From: a virus
Strand: one strand, 5' to 3'
Length of the DNA: 64,000 nt
IMG/VR virus record: IMGVR_UViG_3300020165_003419
Span: 34,300 to 98,299 of that record
A model generated the notes under the pieces. That model did no database searches, was not told where the DNA came from, and worked only from the letters and a program-made list of their open reading frames with translations. The position numbers were made by a program, and so were the translations under genes. The number at the start of each line of letters is the position of its first letter. The first letter of the stretch is position 1. Of the stretch, positions 30,834 to 40,545 are shown in pieces.

Positions 30834-31131
30834 CTTTAATTCCTTTATCATCAATGTAAAAATCACCAGCTGGTTTTCCTAAAAATAGAGAGTGAAACTG
30901 AACACCCCAATCAAGTAACTGCTGTCTTGTTAAATCATAAAATGCACGATTTGCATATCCGATATTGTTATCGCTTCTGCCCATTCCTCTTGCTGTTTGA
31001 AAAACAATCTCATGTCCTTCTTTATACAGTTGGTTTACTTTGTCAATGCGCTCTTGTATAGGGAACGCCTCTGAATAGTCTCCCTCGGTCTTGGTGCATA
31101 TCGTTCCGTCAATATCAAAAACGTAAGTCAT
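30805..31131 (-). CDS. HAD-family phosphatase (capsule-biosynthesis type)
   Basis: FDIDGT, QTARG, GKPAGDFYIDDK. Confidence 0.85.
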   Translation of the reverse strand: MTYVFDIDGTICTKTEGDYSEAFPIQERIDKVNQLYKEGHEIVFQTARGMGRSDNNIGYANRAFYDLTRQQLLDWGVQFHSLFLGKPAGDFYIDDKGIKDEDFFNTRD

Positions 31132-31927
31132 AAGTTCCTTTAAGCATTTCATCTACATCATCTTTTGTAATAACATAAGTTCCCATATGAGAAACTGATA
31201 TGCTAGCCAATTTATTAGCGCACCTAATGGCCGATGGAATACTTTTATCTCTTAGATAGGTGTATGCTAATGTCGATAAGAATACATCGCCGGCGCCGCA
31301 AACATCAAACACCTCAACAACGTTAGTTGGGAAAACCACATCTTTGTATCGTGTTCCTTTTTCTCCCAAAGTAACAATAAACTGACTGTTCTCTGGGAAT
31401 ACTTCAATTGATTCATATTCTTTTTCATTTATTTTGATGAATACTCCCTCAAAGCAAGATAAATCGACTTTCTTTGTATCAACAAAAATCGGAATATTTA
31501 CATCTAATTCTTTATAGTATCGGATTATTTCTTTACATGCTTCCGGCGGCAAAAAACCTTTATTGTAATCACTAATAACTACAACGTCTGGTACAGTGGT
31601 TGTGTGTATTATGTTTGTATTTATAGGTTGGATGCTGTGGTGTTCACCTTCATCCCATCTTAGCAAATGTTGGTTATATTTGCTATCGATAAACCTATGT
31701 TTGTTTATTTTTTCTGTATTGGTATAGTGCAAAACGAATCCGCCAAGAGATTCCATGTTAAGGCGAACGTTCCAAGACATTCCAGGCAAAACTACACGCT
31801 TGGTTTCTTTTAATACTGGTACTGGTGCTTCAGGACTGAGTCTTTCACATTTGCCATAATGATAAATATCACTACAGCAATCACCTATCAGAACTACGTT
31901 GTATCGTTTTTGTTGTTGAATATCCAT
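31115..31927 (-). CDS. hldA: Heptose-7-phosphate kinase (HldE/RfaE domain I, PfkB family)
   Basis: RLSPEAPVPV, VISDYNKG, KINEKE, FDVCGAGDVF. Confidence 0.9.
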   Translation of the reverse strand: MDIQQQKRYNVVLIGDCCSDIYHYGKCERLSPEAPVPVLKETKRVVLPGMSWNVRLNMESLGGFVLHYTNTEKINKHRFIDSKYNQHLLRWDEGEHHSIQPINTNIIHTTTVPDVVVISDYNKGFLPPEACKEIIRYYKELDVNIPIFVDTKKVDLSCFEGVFIKINEKEYESIEVFPENSQFIVTLGEKGTRYKDVVFPTNVVEVFDVCGAGDVFLSTLAYTYLRDKSIPSAIRCANKLASISVSHMGTYVITKDDVDEMLKGTYDLRF

Positions 31928-32303
31928 CAATTTTCTCAAAAAATTCTATTTTTTTAGCATGCTTGCCGCCTACCACATGTTTATTCTTGTAGTCGGAGCC
32001 TATCACCATAATATCTGGGGACACCATTTTTACTAAAATTTCTAATTCTTTTGCTGAGTCAAAAATCACAACTTCATCAACAAAAGAAAGACTTTCTAAC
32101 ATTAGTTTTCTGTCTTGTTCGCTGTTGATTGGTCGAGTTGGACCTTTAAGCTCTTTTACTCTTTTATCAGAGTCAATTCCTATTATAACCTTATCTGACT
32201 TATTTTTTAAATATTCAAACAATTTTATGTGCCCGACATGTAGAATATCAAAACAGCCGTTTGTAAATCCAACTATTTTATGCTTTTTTCCAAAATTGAA
32301 CAT
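31881..32303 (-). CDS. hldC: Heptose-1-phosphate nucleotidyltransferase (HldE/RfaE domain II)
   Basis: FTNGCFDILHVGH, KGPTRPIN, GSDY, GYSTT; start moved to MFNFG. Confidence 0.9.
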   Translation of the reverse strand: MFNFGKKHKIVGFTNGCFDILHVGHIKLFEYLKNKSDKVIIGIDSDKRVKELKGPTRPINSEQDRKLMLESLSFVDEVVIFDSAKELEILVKMVSPDIMVIGSDYKNKHVVGGKHAKKIEFFEKIDGYSTTKTIQRSSDR

Positions 32304-33186
32304 ATTTGTCAATCCCACCGTGAAGAGACGAAAACGGTCTATCGTATTTGCCAATCATATAAAGTTTATCTGTATCAGCCCGAGTAAATTTCTGATACTT
32401 GTCTACCAGATATCCAGGCATTTCTATTTCTTTTGTGTCAAAAGAATAATATTCGGACATTATTTCAGGTATTGCTGAAAATGATTCTGCTATACCAGTG
32501 CCGCAATTAAAGATTCCACTAATTTTTTTATTCTCAATGAAATGTTTATTAATAGAAACGATATCATCAATATAAATAAAGTCTCTTAAAAAGCCATGGC
32601 TTCCTTCAAAAATTCTAATCTCACCAGTCGTATCAATTTGCTTTTTAAATTGGTGTACAACCGAAGCCATGCCTCCCTTTCGGTGTTCCATTGGTCCATA
32701 CACATTAAAATATCTCAATCCCACAATTTGTGGGTACCCTTCGCAACTTATAAAAGATTCAGCGTAATTATCGAATACTCTTTTTGAGTTTGCATAAACG
32801 TTTTTTGGATTCAAATAAGCTTCTTCATGAAAAGGTCCATCTCCGTAAACAGAGGCAGAGGAAGCATATATTAAACGTATATCATGTTTTAAACATGTCT
32901 GTAGTAGACTCAAGCTATAATCAAAATTATGCTTCATCATAAACTTAGGTGCATAAATTGTTGTGTCGGAGCATGCACCCTGGTGTATAATAATTTCGAT
33001 TTGTTTTGCATATGAATCATTTTTTAATTTTTCTAAGAATGTAAATGGATCCATAACCGGATGTTTTGGCGAAAACTCATTTGCAAACCCATCGATGAAA
33101 TCAACAAGTACTATATCTCTAACGTGCTTAAGATTTTGATATATATTCCAACCAATAAATCCGGCGGCGCCTGTTATTACTATCAT
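32278..33186 (-). CDS. hldD: ADP-L-glycero-D-manno-heptose 6-epimerase
   Basis: MIVITGAAGFIG, HQGACSDTT, YASSASVYG, GLRYFNVYGP..HRKGGMASV, YQKFTRAD. Confidence 0.92.
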   Translation of the reverse strand: MIVITGAAGFIGWNIYQNLKHVRDIVLVDFIDGFANEFSPKHPVMDPFTFLEKLKNDSYAKQIEIIIHQGACSDTTIYAPKFMMKHNFDYSLSLLQTCLKHDIRLIYASSASVYGDGPFHEEAYLNPKNVYANSKRVFDNYAESFISCEGYPQIVGLRYFNVYGPMEHRKGGMASVVHQFKKQIDTTGEIRIFEGSHGFLRDFIYIDDIVSINKHFIENKKISGIFNCGTGIAESFSAIPEIMSEYYSFDTKEIEMPGYLVDKYQKFTRADTDKLYMIGKYDRPFSSLHGGIDKYVQFWKKA

Positions 33187-34025
33187 TCGAACATTACCTC
33201 TTTGAATCTTAATAATGCGGCATCAATATTTTCAGATATTTTGTCGTTTAATTCATCACCGGAGAGGTGGCTATAATCTTCGCTGAAGAACCCAACAAGC
33301 TTAGGCGTAGTTAACACCTTGCAGTTTAACATTTTGGCTTCAGCGCAGACGCGCGAAAACGTTTCCAGCACTTGAGGAAAAAATATAAACTTTTCACATA
33401 AAGATAATCGTGTAATAAATTCTACATAATCCGGGGAGCTTACCATTGTGGGCACAATATCGTTATTCTTACAAAACTCCATAGCTTTCAAAGTACCCTT
33501 TACTTGGTTGCCGCTATCTAAAATTCCATACTCGTTTGACTTTCCAGAAGTATGACTAATCTGCTTAATTAATTCTAAATGTTCTTTAGACCACAAGCTG
33601 CAGCCTATACTATGAACATTGTTAATTTGCAAATTATTTTCTATAACTTCTTTACAAACTTTGCTTAATACAAAAACTTTTTTTGCTTGGTCATAAAAAT
33701 CCCTATTGATAATCATGTTTCTTGGAGCAATAAAATTCTTGAAAGCTCCAGGATTTCGATTAGCAACATATTTGTGGTCATGCTCATAAATAATGTAATT
33801 CTTTTTATTCATCAGGTACTGTTTAGCTGTATCTGGTAGTCTTATAAAGTTGCTTACTACAAAGAAATCATAATCATCAAGCACACTCTCAACATTGTAA
33901 GTGTGCACCCCTGATGCTTTTACTTTTTTTTGTGACGATAAATAATTTAGGAGCACTGAATCATTTTTTTCAGCACCCCCAATTATCTCATTTTCAAAAA
34001 AGTCTTGTAGTAGAGCTACTTTCAT
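33183..34025 (-). CDS. GT-B fold glycosyltransferase-like protein
   Basis: GGAE N-term, ETFSRVCAEAKML (E-x7-E). Confidence 0.7.
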   Translation of the reverse strand: MKVALLQDFFENEIIGGAEKNDSVLLNYLSSQKKVKASGVHTYNVESVLDDYDFFVVSNFIRLPDTAKQYLMNKKNYIIYEHDHKYVANRNPGAFKNFIAPRNMIINRDFYDQAKKVFVLSKVCKEVIENNLQINNVHSIGCSLWSKEHLELIKQISHTSGKSNEYGILDSGNQVKGTLKAMEFCKNNDIVPTMVSSPDYVEFITRLSLCEKFIFFPQVLETFSRVCAEAKMLNCKVLTTPKLVGFFSEDYSHLSGDELNDKISENIDAALLRFKEVMFE

Positions 34026-35269
34026 AAAATTTCAATCTGTGACAAATTACTAGCCCACTCTGTGTCTATCTCTAATCCGAGAGCCGACACAAATTTATCA
34101 TACATTTTTGATTGTTCGAATCTTTCATGAATCTCAGTTGCATACGTCTCTGCGGCTGCGACATGTCCAGCATTGTTTTGAATATCTTCATAACATTGTC
34201 TCATATTTTCTTTATAAGACTGTTCTCTTGCATTTGCCCAGCCTGACTCTTCTATTAGAACAGTTGGCCACACAACTTCTTTTGGAACTTTAGCTATGTC
34301 AAAGGCAACATTATAAAAATTCTCTCTACCGTTCTCATTGCACAAAAAGTCTAATTGTCCGGACCAACCAACACTTACGACTGGAAGTCCACTGTATGCT
34401 GCTTCAAAAATTGGCAACCCAAAACCCTCTCCATGAGGAATGGCGACAAAAGCGGACACTTTTTCGTGACTGTACAAGGAGTGCATCTCGGCATCTGACA
34501 TGTCTCCATGTAGTAAATAAATTTTACACTTCCGATCTTTAGGTAGATCTGCGAGTAGACCCTTTAATTGTCCTTCGCATCCTTCTCTGTCCATTAAGCA
34601 ATTTTTTGATAGATTGGTCTTCAATACCAAACCAACTTCGTCGTTGTGAAACTCGTCGACGAACCATCGAACCATGTTCTCAATATTTTTTCTTGGAGAC
34701 CATTGGGCTACTGCCAAGAAATTGGTATCGTATTCAAGCTCTAAATCAATTTCTGGTAACGACTCATAAACTTTAGCAGGATAATTGACTACTTCGATGT
34801 CAGTCTCAGTTTTAAGCCATCCCTCGGGGACCGTGTGATCGCCACCCTGTTGTACGTATTTTGTAAATTCCATCACATTCTTAGAATGGTTTGAGATTAC
34901 TATCACTTTATTCATTGCATTAATTGCGGCAATCCACTCACCAGAAATTAGAGTAGTCTCCATTCCAGCTGTATATCCAATATTAATGGGTGCGTAGCTT
35001 TTCCATTCATTTGGGATGGTGATTTGAAGAGATGCGTCATATGTACCGTTCTGTTGGCTGTGTGCAATCGTTTTTTCGATTAGGTGATCAATCCACATCT
35101 TTTCTTCATCGTACTCAGGTACCCATCCAGTTTGTCCCCATTTTAAGGGTTGTACATAGATGTCGAATGCGTCTTCTTGGCTGCGTAGGGCTCGGAGCGC
35201 ATATCTTGATTGTTCTCCGTAACCAGAGCGGGTTAAAATAGGTCCTACGACCAGTAATTTGGTTTTCAT
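34022..35269 (-). CDS. Glycosyltransferase family 4
   Basis: TRSGYG, RKN, HGEGFGLPIFEAAYSGLPV. Confidence 0.88.
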   Translation of the reverse strand: MKTKLLVVGPILTRSGYGEQSRYALRALRSQEDAFDIYVQPLKWGQTGWVPEYDEEKMWIDHLIEKTIAHSQQNGTYDASLQITIPNEWKSYAPINIGYTAGMETTLISGEWIAAINAMNKVIVISNHSKNVMEFTKYVQQGGDHTVPEGWLKTETDIEVVNYPAKVYESLPEIDLELEYDTNFLAVAQWSPRKNIENMVRWFVDEFHNDEVGLVLKTNLSKNCLMDREGCEGQLKGLLADLPKDRKCKIYLLHGDMSDAEMHSLYSHEKVSAFVAIPHGEGFGLPIFEAAYSGLPVVSVGWSGQLDFLCNENGRENFYNVAFDIAKVPKEVVWPTVLIEESGWANAREQSYKENMRQCYEDIQNNAGHVAAAETYATEIHERFEQSKMYDKFVSALGLEIDTEWASNLSQIEIL

Positions 35270-35270
35270 T

Positions 35271-36551
35271 TTATGCCACCTCTACTAAGTGGTATCTTTG
35301 ATAACCTTTCCGGGTTTCCCAAGAGCCGTGCTTTTCCATAAACTCGTCCATTAAATTCACCCATCCTTTTTCATAATTTTCAAAGCTATAATTTTCTTTG
35401 ACATGCTTCATTCCAGCTTCAGACATAGCTTTGTATTTTGCCTTTGGAAGCTTTATCGCCTTTGTTAAAGATTTTTCGAAATCTGCTTGTGAAACTCGGT
35501 CTTCATAGATATAAGGCACCGCAAGCGAGCCAATAATAGATTTACTAGCCGGCTGAAGTCCCCATCCAAACCAATCCTTACCATCGGTCACTTGTTCCTG
35601 AAGACCACCAGTCATACTAACGATAATTGGAGAACCACAAGAAAGTGACTCCAATGTACCTAACCCGAACCCTTCAGCATCTGCTATATTGATCGTAAAG
35701 TCGGCCGCATTATAAAAGGCTCCAAGTTCTGCAGAAGATACTTTGTTAGTTGAAAGCATTACCTGTCCTCGGTGTAGTCCAAGGTATTCGATAAGGTGAG
35801 GTAGTGGCTGTCCGTGAGGATCTTCTGCATCTGTATGCATCAACAGACAAGCTTTATCGTGACCGACCTTATCAAGCCATTCCTTGAACCACCAAACTAA
35901 AGTTCCGGGCTGCTTCCTTCTCGCATTTCTGTTGTTCCAGAAAAATATCTTTTTATTTGCACTGCGGAGTTCATCTTCTCCATGAGAAAAAATCTGTTCT
36001 CTCAGCTTTTTAGTCCTTTCATCACTGGGTTTAAATTTATAAAAGTCTGAGGTGTTCACGGCGTGAGGAAGATAATGCGAGGAAACATTTGGTGCAACCT
36101 CTTGTAGAATTTTATGAGTAACCTTTGAAATACAAACTACCTCGTCAGTAGAGCGATAGAATCTACGATTGAATTGCGGCGCTGGAAAGTTATCCCACAC
36201 ATGGTAATAAATCATTGGGCAGCATGCTCGGATTTCATTTTCAATTTCCCAAAGCCAGCCGTAGAACCTCGGGTCAGTCATAAACCAAACCGCATCAGGA
36301 CGCTCTTTTTGTAGAATTGAGCGTATTAGTTCATGTGTACCATACCCATCAATAGGAAAAACTCTAAACTCTTGTCCCCAAGGGTCAACAGTCTGTGGAG
36401 TATAGTCTGCATGCTTTATAGCCCCGCCTAGGCAGATGAACTCATACCGTCCAGTCTTCAACAAAGCCTCAATCATGTATTTAGTTTGTGTTCCAACGCC
36501 AGATGGGGACATCGGGTGGTCAGAAATGACCAAAATCTTCTTTTTATTCAT
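35271..36551 (-). CDS. Glycosyltransferase family 4
   Basis: PSGVG, RNARRKQ, AEGFGLGTLESLSCGSPII. Confidence 0.88.
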   Translation of the reverse strand: MNKKKILVISDHPMSPSGVGTQTKYMIEALLKTGRYEFICLGGAIKHADYTPQTVDPWGQEFRVFPIDGYGTHELIRSILQKERPDAVWFMTDPRFYGWLWEIENEIRACCPMIYYHVWDNFPAPQFNRRFYRSTDEVVCISKVTHKILQEVAPNVSSHYLPHAVNTSDFYKFKPSDERTKKLREQIFSHGEDELRSANKKIFFWNNRNARRKQPGTLVWWFKEWLDKVGHDKACLLMHTDAEDPHGQPLPHLIEYLGLHRGQVMLSTNKVSSAELGAFYNAADFTINIADAEGFGLGTLESLSCGSPIIVSMTGGLQEQVTDGKDWFGWGLQPASKSIIGSLAVPYIYEDRVSQADFEKSLTKAIKLPKAKYKAMSEAGMKHVKENYSFENYEKGWVNLMDEFMEKHGSWETRKGYQRYHLVEVA

Positions 36552-36558
36552 TTATTCC

Positions 36559-37329
36559 TCATGGACAGTGTTCTGTCTTATAAAATTTACAACCATAACC
36601 GCCAGTGCATGACAAACGATTCTTTATGTATCTTTGATTTTTAATATTATACAACGCAGTATCCAAAAGTTTAAGAGCATTTTCAGTTTTTTTATTACCA
36701 CTCGTAACTCTAAAGAATTCAACGCGGTTTTTCTTTGCTGTTCGCTTGAGTAGCGCAAAATGCGTCTCTACATCTTTTGGATCTACATTCATCTTTTGGC
36801 AAAAATAATGTTTATACAGAGTAAGCTGATATGTCACCATCGCATCCGAGCGTTTTTTTCGATCCCAGCCCCATGAACAAGTTTTCCAATCAAATATGTG
36901 GACTTTGCCATCGGGTGTTGATACTACGGCATCAATGAATCCCTTGAATTTGTATCCATCTTCTGTTTCAATATCTTCCATGAGGGGCATTTCTACCGCC
37001 ATAACTTCGTACTCTTCAAAATATTCATTCAAAGCGTCCTCAATCTCGGGGATAATGTTTTTGCCTTGCCCCATCATGTCGACAACAAGCTTCTTATTTA
37101 TTTGGAGGTCGTCATCAAGACCAGCAATGTTATTTTTAAGCTCTTGTACAAAAAAATCTTCATCTACATCTTCTTGAAGTAGTTTCTTTTCGCATACAGA
37201 GTGCATTGCGGTTCCAAAAGCAGTATATTCATTACCTTTGAATCCGTCGATCTTATCTACTCTAGTTAACTTGTGATACCAAGCGCAAAAACTCCAGTCT
37301 TTTAGCTCAGAATATGAAATATGTGGCAT
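36559..37329 (-). CDS. PD-(D/E)XK nuclease, Cas4/AddB-like with Fe-S staple
   Basis: ISYS, FCAW, FGTAMH, GFIDAV, FDWKT, QLTLY, C-terminal C-x5-C-x7-C. Confidence 0.85.
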   Translation of the reverse strand: MPHISYSELKDWSFCAWYHKLTRVDKIDGFKGNEYTAFGTAMHSVCEKKLLQEDVDEDFFVQELKNNIAGLDDDLQINKKLVVDMMGQGKNIIPEIEDALNEYFEEYEVMAVEMPLMEDIETEDGYKFKGFIDAVVSTPDGKVHIFDWKTCSWGWDRKKRSDAMVTYQLTLYKHYFCQKMNVDPKDVETHFALLKRTAKKNRVEFFRVTSGNKKTENALKLLDTALYNIKNQRYIKNRLSCTGGYGCKFYKTEHCP

Positions 37330-37349
37330 ATTTACCTCTTTAATATACT

Positions 37350-37378
37350 ATTATAACCAGTTTAGAACGCGTTGTCAA
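37350..37378 (-). promoter_or_regulatory. Sigma70-type promoter (perfect consensus)
   Basis: TTGACA-17 nt-TATAAT upstream of the nuclease gene, followed by AGAGGT RBS. Confidence 0.8.
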
Positions 37379-38066
37379 GGTCAGATTCTAAATTAAGTTC
37401 AAATATTTTTTTATATAAGGTCGGGCTCACTGATTTGAGAGCGCTACGATCGTCTGGACGCATGTAAAAATCTGTGAACCCTGTAGCAAAGTACTCTCTA
37501 AGGGAAGTAGGGGCATATGCGTTTATAAACATACCAACACATATTATATTAAGCTTATCATATCCAACGGTGTTCAGTAGGAAGTTGTCAAACTCCTCAC
37601 TATATTCGACGTCTGAAAAAAATGATTTAGGGATCTTGTACCCCAAAGACGAAAGTTCGTCGCGGAGTCTAATTCTTTTTTGTAAGAATTCTTTCTTAAC
37701 GGAGGAATCACTATAGATGTCAAACCCATACGCTTCTTCCGCGGCATGTGCTACTTCGTGTATTATGTCGTCGACCATATCATCAACATCGTCCTGTTGA
37801 TTTGATACATGAAGTATTGCATCTTTATAAAATGCATTTATATCTCGTTCTTCAAACTCTTTAAACCAGCCTACTACTATCATTTCAATCTCAGACAAAA
37901 GATGGTGTGGTAGCTTTGATTCAACTATTGATATTACTTTTTCAATATCTATAGAATTATTCTCTAATTTATCTTTGAAGTAAACATGGATCCCAGTAGG
38001 CGTATAAAAATCAACCTGTTGATTCATTAACTCTTTTTGTCTGTTTTCTATATAAGTTTTCAGCAT
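37362..38066 (-). CDS. Zinc metallopeptidase-like protein
   Basis: IIHEVAHA (HExxH) plus downstream REYFATGF. Confidence 0.65.
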   Translation of the reverse strand: MLKTYIENRQKELMNQQVDFYTPTGIHVYFKDKLENNSIDIEKVISIVESKLPHHLLSEIEMIVVGWFKEFEERDINAFYKDAILHVSNQQDDVDDMVDDIIHEVAHAAEEAYGFDIYSDSSVKKEFLQKRIRLRDELSSLGYKIPKSFFSDVEYSEEFDNFLLNTVGYDKLNIICVGMFINAYAPTSLREYFATGFTDFYMRPDDRSALKSVSPTLYKKIFELNLESDLDNAF

Positions 38067-38310
38067 CGTCTAATCCTAATTGATAACCTCTGAGAAAATT
38101 CTCTTCGGCGAAGGCAAACACAAATTCTGGAAACTCTGCGGCCAAGACTTCTGAAATCATATGTACTGTGACTTCTTCATTGTCTAACTTGGTGCCGACA
38201 TACTCAACTAAAAAGTTTTTAAGTTCAGACTCGGTGCCCGGTTCTACTCCAAGCGCAAGCATTGGGTTTTCGTGAGCTTCAAGCTCGGTTATTACTCTTT
38301 CTTCACTCAT
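38011..38310 (-). CDS. Hypothetical protein
   Basis: 99 aa, AAGGAG RBS. Confidence 0.7.
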   Translation of the reverse strand: MSEERVITELEAHENPMLALGVEPGTESELKNFLVEYVGTKLDNEEVTVHMISEVLAAEFPEFVFAFAEENFLRGYQLGLDDAENLYRKQTKRVNESTG

Positions 38311-38330
38311 AATAAGTGCTCCTTTTATTT

Positions 38331-38359
38331 AATATAACTTAGAAATAAAAATTTGTCAA
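38331..38359 (-). promoter_or_regulatory. Sigma70-type promoter
   Basis: TTGACA-17 nt-TATATT. Confidence 0.7.
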
Positions 38360-38366
38360 TTTTTTA

Positions 38367-39698
38367 TTATAAAACTCTTGATGCGAGGGTCGCTAATTCA
38401 GACCTTTCGCCTTTTTTAAATGTCATATGACCAGAAATATGGTGCTCTTTGAACTTTTCAACTGCATGAGCTAACCCATTTGACGTTTCGTTTACATAGA
38501 CGTTGTCTATCTGCTCAACATCACCCGTGAGAATAATTTTCGTTCCTTCTCCAATACGTGTGATAATTGTTTTAATTTCGTGTTTGGTTAGGTTTTGAGC
38601 TTCATCGATTACAATAAATGCATTTGAGATTGAGCGACCGCGGATATATGTCAGGGCTTCAATTTCAATTTTTCCTTTCTCCATATACATTTCAAGCGAT
38701 GTGCGATCCCCCATCAAAAACTTAAGATTGTCTTGTATCGGCATGAGCCATGGAAGCATCTTCTCTTCCATTGTACCGGGAAGGAATCCGATATCTTTAC
38801 CTAACGGTTGTATTGGTCTAGAAACAATTAATCGCGAGTAATGATTGTTTTCTGTGTGCAATCCTATTGTCTGCTGCAACCCAGCAGCAATTGCTAGTAA
38901 AGTTTTTCCAGAACCAGCACGACCAACTAAAGAAATAATCTTAATGTCGGGATCCATTAGCATATCAATTGCAAACGCTTGCTCTTTGTTCCTTGCATCA
39001 ATTTTCCAATCCGGGAGCTTCTTATGCACTATGGTTTTTAATGGCTCATAGTGGCTCTTGAAGCGCGCTAGGGCTGATTTCTTTTCATTGGCATTGGACA
39101 CCATCATTACATATTGGTTTGGTTGTAAGCTTTGTACCGCGTCTTCTTCTCTTAGAAATATTTCTTCACCTGAATAAAACCGGTCTATAATCTCATCGTC
39201 AAACGTTTGTATAACAAACCCCGTGTATAATTCATCTGACGAGATTACAGCACGTTCTGATATATAATCTTCAGCTGCTATTCCAACAGAATCACAAATA
39301 ACACGCATATTAATATCGCGGCTAACCATAATTGTTTTTCGGGTGCCAGTTGCCTGAATAGACTTAGCTGTGGCTATTATAGTATGATCTGGGAGCCTTA
39401 TATCTAGATCTGCAGGAAATACAACATCTTTCAAGTTTGCAAAAGATACTACTTTAAGTATTCCTTTACCTTTTTGAATTCGAATCCCAGTTTCAAGAGA
39501 ACCTTTAGCTCGAAATTCATCCAGAGTTCTGATGAACTGGCGGGCATTAGCTCCTACCGAGTCTTGGCGCTTTTTGTGTCCATCAATTTCTTCCAAAACT
39601 TTTAAAGGAATGAAGATATCGTGGTTGTTGAACTTAAAAAGGACATTAGCATCAGTTAAGCATACGCTAGTGTCCAGTACATAATTTTTCTTAGGCAT
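38367..39698 (-). CDS. phoH: PIN-PhoH ATPase (PhoH2/YlaK-like)
   Basis: N-term YVLDTS PIN domain; GRAGSGKT, GFLPG, YIRGRS, IDEAQN, TRIG, GDVEQID. Confidence 0.92.
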   Translation of the reverse strand: MPKKNYVLDTSVCLTDANVLFKFNNHDIFIPLKVLEEIDGHKKRQDSVGANARQFIRTLDEFRAKGSLETGIRIQKGKGILKVVSFANLKDVVFPADLDIRLPDHTIIATAKSIQATGTRKTIMVSRDINMRVICDSVGIAAEDYISERAVISSDELYTGFVIQTFDDEIIDRFYSGEEIFLREEDAVQSLQPNQYVMMVSNANEKKSALARFKSHYEPLKTIVHKKLPDWKIDARNKEQAFAIDMLMDPDIKIISLVGRAGSGKTLLAIAAGLQQTIGLHTENNHYSRLIVSRPIQPLGKDIGFLPGTMEEKMLPWLMPIQDNLKFLMGDRTSLEMYMEKGKIEIEALTYIRGRSISNAFIVIDEAQNLTKHEIKTIITRIGEGTKIILTGDVEQIDNVYVNETSNGLAHAVEKFKEHHISGHMTFKKGERSELATLASRVL

Positions 39699-39732
39699 TT
39701 AATCCTCTAAATATCCACACTTAAATAGTATA

Positions 39733-40287
39733 TCATAATGATTCTTTCATAAAATCTATGTGCAACCAACAACGAGGCTCATAAAGTTCAGCACCGCCGA
39801 CTGCTATTTCAGCTAAATTTTCTACTTTCTTGTGCGTGTAAAATGCGTCTGCTCCGCAGACCGTACAAACTGCTGGGCATTTTTCTATGTGTGTTGCCCA
39901 TGGAAACATAGCGGTTACCTCTTCAAAGTCTCTACCGCTTGCAGATAAATCTAAAGAAGAGACAACAATAGTTTTTCCCTGTTTGAACAAGTCAATAAGA
40001 GCCCACGAAATGCCTTTAAGCATAAACGCCTCATCTACCGCAACTACATCATATTCGTGGTGATGTCTCATATAATGCATAACTTCTGTACCAGATTCTA
40101 CTATCTTTGCCGGCATTGAGGCGCCGGAATGAGTACTTATACGGTTGTCTGAGTATCTATTATCTATCTTTGGCTTAAATGCGATGATTTTTCGTTTTTG
40201 GTATTTATATCTATCAAGCGCAGCAAACAATCTTGTGGTCTTTGAGCCAAACATTGGTCCAGTAAAAATAATAAATTTCGGATTCAT
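39733..40287 (-). CDS. tdk: Thymidine kinase
   Basis: GPMFGSKTT, VAVDEA, CTVCG...YEPRC. Confidence 0.92.
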   Translation of the reverse strand: MNPKFIIFTGPMFGSKTTRLFAALDRYKYQKRKIIAFKPKIDNRYSDNRISTHSGASMPAKIVESGTEVMHYMRHHHEYDVVAVDEAFMLKGISWALIDLFKQGKTIVVSSLDLSASGRDFEEVTAMFPWATHIEKCPAVCTVCGADAFYTHKKVENLAEIAVGGAELYEPRCWLHIDFMKESL

Positions 40288-40302
40288 TTTTTGTCCATAA
40301 TG

Positions 40303-40378
40303 TGGAGCCGAGAACAGGATTCGAACCTGCGACCATCTGATTACAAATCAGAAGCTCTACCAACTGAGCTATCTCGGC
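40303..40378 (-). tRNA. trnT: tRNA-Thr(UGU)
   Basis: GCCGAGATAGCTCAGTTGGTAGAGC TTCTGA TT TGT AA TCAGA...GGTTCGAATCC...CTCGGCTCCA; 76 nt, CCA encoded. Confidence 0.95.
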
Positions 40379-40533
40379 GGTTCTTCTAAAGTATACTCTA
40401 AATTAGAGATTTTGTTAAGATCTATCATATTCATTCCAGCTGGCATAATACAAGAGCTTAAAAACCATAAATATACTAAAGCGCTACACAAAATCCATAG
40501 CAGTAAGTGTAACGCTATTTCACCTATGTCCAT
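40369..40533 (-). CDS. Small membrane protein between the two tRNAs
   Basis: MDIGEIALHLLLWILCSALVYLWFLSS... 54 aa; this is the track ORF 40369..40632 trimmed to exclude the tRNA. Confidence 0.45.
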   Translation of the reverse strand: MDIGEIALHLLLWILCSALVYLWFLSSCIMPAGMNMIDLNKISNLEYTLEEPPR

Positions 40534-40545
40534 ATAATAGATAGG

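Noticed and set aside
14458-36551. Bacterial O-antigen/LPS locus (cellular contig or prophage boundary)
   Set aside because: No flippase, polymerase or housekeeping genes; seamlessly coupled to phage genes with the same strand and density.
36559-37329. Cas4-like nuclease as part of a CRISPR system
   Set aside because: No repeat-spacer array or other cas gene seen; stand-alone Cas4-like nucleases are common in phages.
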